A stretch of DNA of 63,085 nt, the filler included, from Octopus bimaculoides (taxonomy: Eukaryota), in the NCBI RefSeq assembly GCF_001194135.2. It is 5 parts of 4 records of this genome, joined end to end, with 100 filler letters (N's around TTAATTAATTAA, not from the genome) between each part and the next. Parts side by side here need not be neighbours in the genome. Positions count along the whole stretch, not along the records: positions 1 to 10,238 come from NC_068981.1; positions 10,339 to 39,971 come from NC_068981.1; 3 more parts are not named here. One strand, 5' to 3'. The position numbers were made by a program, and so were the translations under genes. The notes under the pieces were generated by a model, which did not search any database, was not told the origin of the DNA, and worked only from the letters and a program-made list of their open reading frames with translations. Below, one piece after another: positions 1 through 10,967 of this stretch. Each line of letters starts with the position of its first letter. The first letter of the stretch is position 1.

Positions 1-147
1 TATATATATATATATATATTCCTTTTCGTTTATTCCTTTATTTGTTTGAGTCACTTGAATGTGGCCATGCTGGAGTACCGCCCTTTGTCAACAAATCGAC
101 CCCACTCCTGTTACCATGCTGCTAAATTCTTCCTACAACATTAACAG

Positions 148-660
148 ATGCAAAGTTCACTCACACCTACACATATAAACAGCCAACACCACACAAACAC
201 CACAGATACAACACATACACACATATATGCACACGCACTCACACACACCCACATCCACGCGCACAGGAATGCACACATGCCTAACACCCAACCCCACGCA
301 CATACACATACACATACCTACATACACACACACACGCACGTAAACACAACTACACGCACATACACACACGCACTCACACAGGCACGCGCATACACACACA
401 CGCACACGCTCACACACAGGAGCGCACATATAAGTCCTCACACACAAGCCTACACACAACCCCACGCACACACACACATACACACACGCACATACATACA
501 CGTACACTCACACACTACACTCACACTCACACACTCATGCTATTACACACACACAAACTTGCGAGCACGCACATACCCACACATACACATACACACACAT
601 ACACATACACACACACATACACACACACATACACATACACACACACATACACATACATAC
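148..660. repeat. Degenerate compound (CA)n/(TACA)n microsatellite; representative of dozens of SSR tracts ((TA)n, (CA)n, (GA)n, (TACA)n, (AAT)n, (ACA)n, (GAA)n, (TAG)n) across the window
   Basis: Direct inspection; these tracts generate most of the His/Thr-, Tyr/Ile- and Val/Cys-rich track ORFs. Confidence 0.95.
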
Positions 661-1909
661 TTCCTCCACTTATACTCTCCTGTCTTAAAAAGAACCTTTT
701 CTTCACAAATTCTCTCCCGGACATTGCAAAATGTAACCACATGTGAATCGTTGGCGATTTTTTCCTCCGTCCTGGTTTTCTCTTGGACTTTCCTCTGTCT
801 CCTGTTTCTGAAGAAGAACTTTGCTCGAAACGTAAAACCACCTTTCCTTCCTACTCTGAGCGTCTGCTAATATTTTATATGTACCATGTCCTCACGTTGC
901 TGTTTTATTTTGTGTTTGTTCTTCGTTTTTTTTTTGGGGGGGGGACAGATTTACCATATATATATATATATATATATANNNNNNNNNNNNNNNNNNNNNN
1001 NNNNNNNNNNNNNNNNNNNNNNNNNNNNNNNNNNNNNNNNNNNNNNNNNNNNNNNNNNNNNNNNNNNNNNNNNNNNNNNNNNNNNNNNNNNNNNNNNNNN
1101 NNNNNNNNNNNNNNNNNNNNNNNNNNNNNNNNNNNNNNNNNNNNNNNNNNNNNNNNNNNNNNNNNNNNNNNNNNNNNNNNNNNNNNNNNNNNNNNNNNNN
1201 NNNNNNNNNNNNNNNNNNNNNNNNNNNNNNNNNNNNNNNNNNNNNNNNNNNNNNNNNNNNNNNNNNNNNNNNNNNNNNNNNNNNNNNNNNNNNNNNNNNN
1301 NNNNNNNNGTTCTTCGTTTTTTTTTTGGGGGGGGGACAGATTTACCATATATATATATATATATATATATAACGTGAGAGAGTTAGAGTTGGGGGTACAA
1401 CCCACTAAGGGATAGTATCTATCCAGTATACTGCTGGGAGGGTACCCAATTATTGCTACGCTAGTGCTATACTAGGTGCAATCAATGGGAGCGGGTAAAA
1501 GTGGAGGTTTTACCCAAAATTTGTGTAACAATTAGAAAATGGAGGATAATATGCTGAACCCAACTACTTGCAGACGGTGTATCCCGTTGAATTCATTAAT
1601 TTAATTCATAGCAAAAGTGACACATGTATGTATGTATGTATGTATGTATGTATGTATATATATATATATACGTTTATGAATTTGTTTTTACCACTTTAAT
1701 AATTAGATGCTTATAAGTTTACAAAAGGGAATGGACAAAAGGCTGAGCAGTGGGATAAACGTGGATGGAAAGATTCACTGAAGTGGTCACAATTGTGTGC
1801 TGAAAAAATTCCAGACAATGGAAACAAAACTATACAGGAGAAGAAAGATTATATAGTGCGTGTGTCTATTTGGAAGGAAGAAAAGATGACCGTCCCGAAA
1901 TATAACAAC

Positions 1910-1957
<48 letters not shown>

Positions 1958-2394
1958 NNNNNNNNNNNNNNNNNNNNNNNNNNNNNNNNNNNNNNNNNNN
2001 NNNNNNNNNNNNNNNNNNNNNNNNNNNNNNNNNNNNNNNNNNNNNNNNNNNNNNNNNNNNNNNNNNNNNNNNNNNNNNNNNNNNNNNNNNNNNNNNNNNN
2101 NNNNNNNNNNNNNNNNNNNNNNNNNNNNNNNNNNNNNNNNNNNNNNNNNNNNNNNNNNNNNNNNNNNNNNNNNNNNNNNNNNNNNNNNNNNNNNNNNNNN
2201 NNNNNNNNNNNNNNNNNNNNNNNNNNNNNNNNNNNNNNNNNNNNNNNNNNNNNNNNNNNNNNNNNNNNNNNNNNNNNNNNNNNNNNNNNNNNNNNNNNNN
2301 NNNNNNNNNNNNNNNNNNNNNNNNNNNNNNNNNNNNNNNNNNNNNNNNNNNNNNNNNNNNNNNNNNNNNNNNNNNNNNNNNNNNNNNNNNNNNN

Positions 2395-2437
<43 letters not shown>

Positions 2438-2538
2438 AGAGAGAGAGGCGAGAGATCATATATATATATATATATTTATATATATACATACTTACATATA
2501 TATATATGTATGTATATGTATGTATATATGTATGTATG

Positions 2539-2572
<34 letters not shown>

Positions 2573-2650
2573 TGTGTGTGTGTATGTATGACAGCTGTCC
2601 ACTGGTGACCGAAAAGACCATCACCCACCATTAAGATGTATGTGCATAGG

Positions 2651-2697
<47 letters not shown>

Positions 2698-3640
2698 ACA
2701 TACACACACACACACACACACACTCACGCGCGACATAATTGTATATGCGTGCTCATGTATGTTTGTAGTTGTTTGGTATTTATGTTTTTATATGCATGGG
2801 TATAGCATTGAGGGATTATCGATAAATCGATGCGTTCTCAAAACACTACAATGTATAGACATTGCATATGGACTTAGCTATTCGATAAATAGAGTTTGAT
2901 AAAATAAAATGCTGTGTTTGGTCTAATCCCACTAGCAACCAGTGTAGTTAGAGCTTCTCGTCAATGAATACAACAGTAACAGCATCATCAACGCCATCAC
3001 CTTCACCACATTATCATCACAAGCCACTGGAAGAACGTCTGTGCAGTCGCTTGATTGCTAGAAATGGTAGCCAAATCACTTTGAAATCACCATTTTTTTA
3101 GATAAGAAATGTATTATATATTCCTGTAGCTTGGGGCTGCCAATTCGTCTTAAAAATTGTGACTGTTTCTGCGGTTGTTGACTCTTAATCATGAATGGGA
3201 ATGAGGAATATTCATTCATTCATTCATTCATTCATTCATTCATTCTTTCGTTCGCTCGTTCTTTCAACCCGTCATTTCTAGTCCTTTAACAGAGATGTTT
3301 TTTTTAACCCCAGAACGTTATTGCTCGAAGATATTTAATAATTAAAGGCAGTCCACCCGTGACCTCACCGTGTCATGTATATTCCTATTTACACTGGTGG
3401 TAACTGCAATATAGACTCACAGACTGAAATTCTGGGAAAATGGTTAGTCGATGCCATCGACCCCTCCCACCACCGCCACCAACACCACCACCACCACCGT
3501 CATCACCGTCACCATCTTTTCTGTCATTCAATTTTATCTACACCGTTTGATGAACAGCTTGGTTGACCACTCTAGGTTTTGAATATTCGAAGCGTAAAGT
3601 GCGTTAATAAACACTGCAAACATCTTTCTCCATATTTTTA

Positions 3641-3847
3641 TTTCTTTTATTGCCCACAAGGGGCTACACACAGATGGGACAAACAAAGATAGACAAAGGG
3701 ATTAAGTCGATTACATCGACCCAGTGCGTAACTGGTACTTAATTTATTGACCCCGAAAGGATGAAATGCAAAGTCGACCTCGGTGGAATTTGAAACCGGT
3801 AAGCATTTCACCCGGCGCGCCAAAGTTTCTGCCAGCTCCTCGCCGCC
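3641..3847 (-). mobile_element. Family-A SINE, alternative-tail subfamily
   Basis: Same head and core as 9091-9285 but with tail TTTATTGCCCACAAGGGGCT..GGGACAAACAA; collinear with 59925-60145. Confidence 0.85.
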
Positions 3848-5469
3848 TTTCTCCATATTCTCACCCTTCTGTCAACTCAGTGCTGCATTGGTGATTTCAT
3901 TTAATGTGCTAATTAAATCTTATTTACACTTGTTTAAGCTGGATCACCTCTGTGAAGTGGTGGGAGCACTGCAAGTCAGTCATCTCTTTACATACGGTGC
4001 TTTTTTTTTTGCTTTATTTGCCCTTGTATTCTTACAAAACCAAGGTATACTTTGTATGAGATTTTGCTGCTATTTCTAGCAGATTGAGTGACAGTATAGA
4101 GATTGCCTCGTCTGCCTGACCTCCACCTGCATTTACTAAATTTATTGAAGTGCTTTCGCTTTTACCTTGTTTGTTCTGTCTAGTTATTTCTGTCTCTAAT
4201 CTTCCCCAAAATTTTAGCCTCTGTCCGCTATCACTCACAGTGGTCGAACATCATTATTATATAGATACATCAATATATAATAGAAAAAAAATATAGACAA
4301 CGTACTTTTCATGAAGGAAATTCTAAACCTTTAATAGAATACTACAGAGGTCACAGTGTGACACTGGTTTATACTTAGGTATATTTTGTTCGTCTTTTAT
4401 AGTCGGTATCTCTCTTTCCCTGACACTTCTTTAGGCGAGATTACATTCGTCTCTGATCAGTGTTAACTCAATCACTGCAGTCTTTTGAAGAACTGACGGG
4501 ATTATGAAATTTATTGATTTTAATTTCATTATAGCACATTTTCGAACGAACTATAAATGTTCTAAGCGCGATCCATCCTATATTATATTTTGATACAGAT
4601 TTTTGCAACATTCTTTTGTGTTTAAATCTTTTGTGTGTAATAAACTTTTGTAAGATGTGGATAATGTGGCCAATAATCTATTGTGTTTGAAAGTATATTG
4701 CTTTGCCAGTAAAATTATTTTAGTAGTTTTTCTGTGTGATGTTGCTAGTTCAGTCTACTTTTAAGCACGCCTATTAACTGACAACGACATTTAGTGATAA
4801 CAGCGTCGTTTCGCCTTTTGATTAGATTTAAAAATATACGAAACGTCGAAACTACTGTCTCTACACTTGTGGGAATTTATGATAGAAGTATTAAAAAATA
4901 TTATGTTAAACTATGAATATGGTAACATTTTTCAACTCTCTTAACGTGTTTATATCAACACTTTCAAAGTAATATGTGTACAACAAGGTGAAATAGAGAA
5001 TACAAAGAAACGGCTGCTGGTCTACCTTGGCAACAAGTGATTCAGAAAAGTTCATAAAAGATCAATGAATTGATCTGTTGTAAGGAAAGTTCTAACATTT
5101 CGGACAATCGTCTTTTTTCATAGAAACAGAAAGATGGGGTGGGAGTTAGGGAGAAAGGGACGGAAGAAGAAGAAAAGCAGTGAGAAAAGTTACAATATTT
5201 CGGACAATCGCCTTTCATTTTTTAGTGAGAGAGAGTGGGGGGGGGAAGAGAGAATATATTGAATGATTTCACGCAAGAAGACTACAGATTTTTTACAAAA
5301 CTGACCAAATTTCTCACAAACCTATCCGCCAGCGCAACTATTGTTATTTTTATATAAAAGCTATAAACCAACTGATCTATCCATTCATACTTAAACTACG
5401 CATCTACGGAAGCAAGCATCTTGCACTTGTACCCCGCCTCTCTCTCTCTTTCTCTCTCTGTATATATAC

Positions 5470-6245
5470 TTTATATATAATATACTGATAGACATGCTGA
5501 CCTTCAGGAAGATTGTGAGCTCTAAGACTAATTTATATTTTGCATTTGCGGCCCTGCTGGTGGCTAATGAGCCCTGCTCTTGACAAGCATACACAACTGC
5601 AAACATTGCAGACCAAGCTTTCCCCATTCACTACACCAGCAGTGCGCTTTCGAGCAGCACGCTTAAGTTCTTCAAGCTGGATACGTGCTCTCTCAAAAGT
5701 GTCGATCCCCTCCTTAACCTGCTTCCTCCATCTGTAACGATGTTAGGCATTGCTCTCACAGTCGGTCTCTTGCATATCACAAGACTTTAATGAGGACTGA
5801 CCACAGTCCTTAAATCGCAGCCTTGGTTTCTGCCGGGTTCTCTTTCCACTAATACGTTACCCATATGCCATCTATTTAGGAATCCTGCTATCTTTCATTC
5901 TAATAAGTTGGTCAGTCCAACGTAACCGGTGCCTGTGCACCATTGCCTCAATACTCAAGATATCAGCTGTCCTCAGGACCTGTGTGTCTGGAGTTTTTGA
6001 GGTCCAGCCAACATTTAGAATGTGTCTCAGACATCTCTGATGAAAGCGTTCAAGGGCCCTTACATGACGTTTGTAAAGGGTCCATGTATCACATGAGTAA
6101 AGGAGAGGTGTCAGTACACATGCACGGTACACAGCAATTTTTGTTTACCTTGTGATGCCATGCTGGGACCAGGCACGAGACTGAAGAAACTGGAAGGAAT
6201 CGATTGCTCTCTGCAGCCTAGCACTTGTGAGAGCCTCATAAGTGA
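5470..6245 (-). mobile_element. 5'-truncated RTE-clade LINE, 3' end
   Basis: ORF 5872-6132 (YRACVLTPLLYSCDTWTLY..LERFHQRCLRHILNVGW..HRLRW..RMKDSRIPK) is followed by a RLRFKD-like segment and a terminal C2H2-like CNVCSCVCLSRAGLISHQ. Frameshifted. Confidence 0.9.
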
Positions 6246-6395
6246 CCTGGCATACATACATACATACATACATACAAACATACATACATACATACATACA
6301 TGCGTACATACATACATACATACAAAAATGCATACATACGATTTCACACATCAGCAAAGTCATAGAAACTAACCGTATTCCTTGAAGAAAACGAC

Positions 6396-6540
6396 TTGCT
6401 GAGTGACACGCAGCATAGTCTCGATCGGGTAGGAGCTGCCTGACTCAGCTCCTACGAGACTATGACTGGGTGATGTAGTTCATCGACAACTCAAATGTTG
6501 ACGTAATATACTTTGCGATTTTGGCACAGCTGGGAAGCTT
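6396..6540 (+). mobile_element. CR1/L2-type reverse transcriptase fragment
   Basis: FLEENDLLSDTQHS / RSGRSCLTQLL...NVDVIY, cf. QHGFR.GRSC.T.L...VD.IYLDF. Confidence 0.75.
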
Positions 6541-6590
6541 GGAGAGTGGTTACATGACTTTCTGATATTGCATATGTATGCATATATATA

Positions 6591-6635
<45 letters not shown>

Positions 6636-7025
6636 GTGTGTGTGTGTGTATATATANNNNNNNNNNNNNNNNNNNNNNNNNNNNNNNNNNNNNNNNNNNN
6701 NNNNNNNNNNNNNNNNNNNNNNNNNNNNNNNNNNNNNNNNNNNNNNNNNNNNNNNNNNNNNNNNNNNNNNNNNNNNNNNNNNNNNNNNNNNNNNNNNNNN
6801 NNNNNNNNNNNNNNNNNNNNNNNNNNNNNNNNNNNNNNNNNNNNNNNNNNNNNNNNNNNNNNNNNNNNNNNNNNNNNNNNNNNNNNNNNNNNNNNNNNNN
6901 NNNNNNNNNNNNNNNNNNNNNNNNNNNNNNNNNNNNNNNNNNNNNNNNNNNNNNNNNNNNNNNNNNNNNNNNNNNNNNNNNNNNNNNNNNNNNNNNNNNN
7001 NNNNNNNNNNNNNNNNNNNNNNNNN

Positions 7026-7060
<35 letters not shown>

Positions 7061-7772
7061 ATGTATAATATATATAATCTCAAGCGTGTATACATATATA
7101 CTAGTGTGTGTTCGAGGTGACACAGTGAAGTTGTTTGTAAGCTGCGAACCACTAGAGATAATGGTAGTGTGTATAAGGTTTTTATAACAAGCACTTAGAA
7201 ATTCAGTCTATAAAACTGGAGCCACAGACCACTTAGAGTTGGCCTTCTACAACTCGGAAATCCTGTAAAAATCTATTAAGAATAATAAATGCCTATTGTT
7301 TTGTTTGAAGCTGTTGTTGTTGTTGTTGAAGATGAGGTAGTGGTCGAGGATGTTGATCCAGTAGAACTATGATCAATAATATTTTAAGACTTTGGCCATC
7401 GCGTGTATTGTTAATGTATCCACACCATAGATTATCCATTGCGCATTTCAGTATTTAAATGGGTGGCATTTCATTTTACTGAGATTTGACTTCTGTTTCA
7501 AGCAGGTCAATTGACTACATAGGGATTCCTCTGTTGGCTAATCATTGTTGTTTAGCCCTGGGAAGAAACTGATCTTACAAATTATGATCAACTGCCTTCC
7601 AGTTGTGACAACACCATCGAATTTTCAACTACCGAATTACACATATGGAATCTTGCTTTCGTTATATCTATACGTTTCGTTGTTCGAAAAAATAGTTCAT
7701 ATTCCATATACTCGTGCTTCGCATTTCTTTGTTGAACACGTTTTATGACGTCCTGTGCCCCCCCCACACACG

Positions 7773-7802
<30 letters not shown>

Positions 7803-7806
<4 letters not shown>

Positions 7807-8460
7807 CATATAGATATGCAGGAAGAAATAGACACCTTAACTTTCCAAAATTTCTTATCTAAGCGTCTTAATATATTTTCAGCAGCGTAAAATTTACAAT
7901 GTAATTATTCTTTTTCGTTCCAGGTACCATTATATTAAACATTTGCGAAGAGTAACCATGCCACAGCTGTCAGATTTTCAAAGAGGTTGTTGGGCAATCT
8001 GAGACTGGTCTTAGCCAGCGAACAATAGCCGAAAATCCTCAAATTACTCTTGCTACTGTTAATAGAATTATAGTGCAATTCTAAAGCCAAGGAAAAGAAT
8101 GAACAGATTCTCGTCCTGGCCGACCTGGGCCGTCGGAAAGGAAACTTCGCTGTTTGAAGAGAATTGTGGAAAACGAATCCCCGTTCGAAGGCTTCTGACA
8201 TTGCAAAACAGCTAGAAGTTAATCCAAGAACGTGTATTACATTTCTGGATAAGCTTGGGTATTACGGACGAGCAGCTAGAATAAAACCTCTCCTTCGACC
8301 AATTAATATCATGAAAAGAAAGAAATGGGCTAAGGAGATGTCAGAAAAATCCAGTTCATTTTGGGATAGAGTGATTTTCCCAGATGAAAAAGATTTGCAT
8401 TATTTTCAGACAGTGGACGTGTTTGGGTCTAGAGGTTTCCCAATCAAGAATTTGATTTGA
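7803..8460 (+). mobile_element. Tc1-like transposase pseudogene (N-terminal half)
   Basis: ATG 7958 MPQLSDFQRG..GLSQRTIA..; GRP; then KLGYYGRAARIKPLLRPINIMKRKKWAKEM...FWDRVIFPDEK (first DDE Asp region). Stops and frameshifts present. Confidence 0.85.
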
Positions 8461-8535
8461 AAAAACTCCAACCAACTTCACTCTTTATTTCATATTTTTT
8501 CTACAATAACTGTTTCTTAACCATTTTCTCGCATC

Positions 8536-8582
8536 GTCTCCGAGGAAGGGATATATAAAATATTCCGAAACAGCTGTAAGAC
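8536..8582 (+). ncRNA. Hammerhead-like motif with U4C core variant (Penelope pLTR remnant)
   Basis: GTCT-CCGAGGA-A-GGGATAT(ATAAA)ATATTCC-GAAA-C-AGCT-GTA-AGAC. Stem I is GTCT/AGAC, stem II is 7 bp, stem III is the perfect palindrome ACAGCTGT, and the triplet is GUA. Confidence 0.6.
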
Positions 8583-8672
8583 CTCTTTATAAATGTTCGG
8601 AAGTCTTTCACAACCTTGAGTTTTTATCTCATTTTGTTAATTTATTATATATTTATATATATATAATACATA

Positions 8673-8727
<55 letters not shown>

Positions 8728-8770
8728 ACATACATACATACATACATACATACATACATACATACGTAAG

Positions 8771-9560
8771 AACAGGAAATATCAACCAAGTACCTGATGC
8801 ACAAAAGGGATAGAGATACGGGAAAAGCTGTAAACTGTAACAACAGATGCAGACTTTGTGAAGTTAACACCGAAGATATCACCCACGTCATAAGCAGTTG
8901 TCCGAAAATGTCGCCTACTGAAAATGCCAACTACCGAATGCACATAATGATTTGGGATAGAGAAGAGAAACTGCGTGCAGTTGTGGAAATTAGCTGTCCG
9001 GCGGATGTCAACATAAAGCTGAAGATCAGTGAAAAAGAGAATACTTACACTGAACTATTGAGAAATCTGCAATTACTCTATCCAGATTATTTACTACTCT
9101 AGGCACGAGGCCCGAAATTTTGGGGGCGGGAGCCAGTCGATTAGATCGATCCCCAGTACGCAACTGGTACTTAATTTATCGACCCCGAAAGGATGAAAGG
9201 TTAAGTCGACTTCAGAACGTAAAGACAGACGAAATACTGCTAAGCATTTCGCCCGGCGTACTAACGATTCTACCAGCTCGCTGCCTTACTCTATCCAGAT
9301 TATAAGTTATGGTTTATACCTGTAATTATTAAGGGAATGGGATATGTAACACTCTGCTTAAATATCAGTCTTGAGAAATTAGCGTTTCTCAAAACCAGAA
9401 AGGAGAAAGCTAATTCGAAGACTACAGATCCAAAATCCCTCAATGGAACTGTAAAAATGTGTAAAACTTTCCAGAAGTTTAGCACTTAAATATATATGAA
9501 TCTGTCTAGATATGTAAGTATATGCATGAGAATACATACATAAAGCGAAACATACAAATC
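8771..9560 (+). mobile_element. RLE-type (restriction-like endonuclease) non-LTR retrotransposon 3' end, copy 1, internally deleted and SINE-interrupted
   Basis: CRLCEVNTEDITHVISSCP zinc knuckle; IMIWDREEKLRAVVEISCPADVNIKLKISEKENTY (RLE motif); homologous to 30560-31570. Confidence 0.88.
9091..9285 (-). mobile_element. tRNA-headed SINE (family A) with perfect 18-bp target-site duplication
   Basis: TTACTCTATCCAGATTAT at 9073-9090 and 9286-9303. The head on the - strand is GGCAGCGAGCTGGTAGAATCGTTAG. The family core CATCCTTTCGGGGTCGATAAATTAAGTACCAG is shared with many copies in the window. Confidence 0.93.
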
Positions 9561-9759
9561 TGCACATATACATACATACATACATACATACATACATACA
9601 TACACACGTACGCATGTACGTACAAATATACCCTGTTGTTAATGTTGAAATTCCAATGAAGGAACTTTGGATCTACGTTAGAAAACGGTTCTTTCTCTGT
9701 TGGCAAGAAGTCTTGAAATAAAATGGAATGACATACATACATACATACATACGTACATA

Positions 9760-9975
9760 TTCGAGAGGGTGCTGAAAAATTCCTGGCTTCAAAGATATCG
9801 GGAAGGGCCTGGTTGGAGAACCAGCCTTCGGAGTTCTTTTACAGGGCCTAGAAAAACAGTAGGATTGTTGCAATAAGTGTGTGAATCTGAGAGGGGAATA
9901 TGTTAAATATAATCATAATTTACTGAGCCTCCTGTAATTTCTTTTACCCACGCCAGGAACTCTTCAGCAACCCTT

Positions 9976-9976
<1 letters not shown>
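9760..9976 (+). mobile_element. Mariner-derived MITE, copy 1
   Basis: TIRs CGAGAGGGTGCTGAAAAATTCCTGGC / GCCAGGAACTCTTCAGCAACCCTT. The interior encodes a mariner C-terminus-like QGLEK..CNKCVNLRGEYV. Confidence 0.8.
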
Positions 9977-10027
<51 letters not shown>

Positions 10028-10639
10028 GTTCTCATGTTATACATAAAAACAATTTAACATTTAACAGAGGAATTACTCAATAAAATTTCATGTTTATCAA
10101 AGTTTTACTAGGAAAAGGTTTGACAGCGACTTTGATATTTCGGCTACCTTGCCTTGTCCCCCCTCTCTCTCCCTCTATTATTCTATCTCTCTGTCTCGAT
10201 CTCTTTCTAGCTTTATATATATGTATATGTATATATATNNNNNNNNNNNNNNNNNNNNNNNNNNNNNNNNNNNNNNNNNNNNTTAATTAATTAANNNNNN
10301 NNNNNNNNNNNNNNNNNNNNNNNNNNNNNNNNNNNNNNATATATATATATATATATATATAATATGTATATATCTATACATATATGTATGAATGCATGTT
10401 TGTATACAAACACACACATATATATACAGATAGACAGATAGACAGACAGAGATGGTCAAAAAGATACAGATAGTTAAATATAGAGATAGATTATCAGAAA
10501 GACAGATAAGTTAGTAAAGTCCCCCTAACAACCACTACAACCACCACAATCATAACAAAACACGCAAACACATGTGTTACGCAGCTTAATGGAATTCATT
10601 TGACGTAGAACTCTCTAACAGCTACCCAAACTCTGTGGC

Positions 10640-10915
10640 ATGTTGACAGATGTGTAAAAAGTAAAACACGGTTTAAGCACAAATCGCTTTAGCAGCGTAT
10701 TCTTCTTGTGTTTAGCTCTTCTCTGCTTGTTCTTGGCTGTAGAATCACGTCCTTTAGCGGATGTAATTAAGCGTCTTAAAGTACAGGTGAAAAGGAAATA
10801 TACAAAAAGTGCTGAAGTCGTAAACCAAGCTGATAGATTGATATGTAGATCTAGTAAATCGTGAGGAAAGAAAGAACGAGGGAATAGAAGAATGATTGAC
10901 GGACTGACTGAGAGT

Positions 10916-10967
<52 letters not shown>

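Noticed and set aside
148-870. Long His/Thr-rich ORF and the many similar YI/VC/HT/poly-L/poly-N ORFs and X-filled ORFs
   Set aside because: These are translations of microsatellites or N-runs, with no splice or domain support.
917-1370. Direct repeat GTTCTTCGTTTTTTTTTGGGGGGGGGACAGATTTACC(AT)n on both sides of a gap
   Set aside because: Identical sequence at both contig ends is most likely an unmerged assembly overlap.
7380-7760. Possible hAT transposase relic (- strand FDGVVTTG)
   Set aside because: A single weak motif amid stops is insufficient to call.
10283-10294. TTAATTAATTAA islands inside N-runs (also 40016-40027, 59482-59493, 61660-61671)
   Set aside because: An identical 12-mer centred in ~100-bp gaps with stops in all frames is a scaffolding spacer, not biology.
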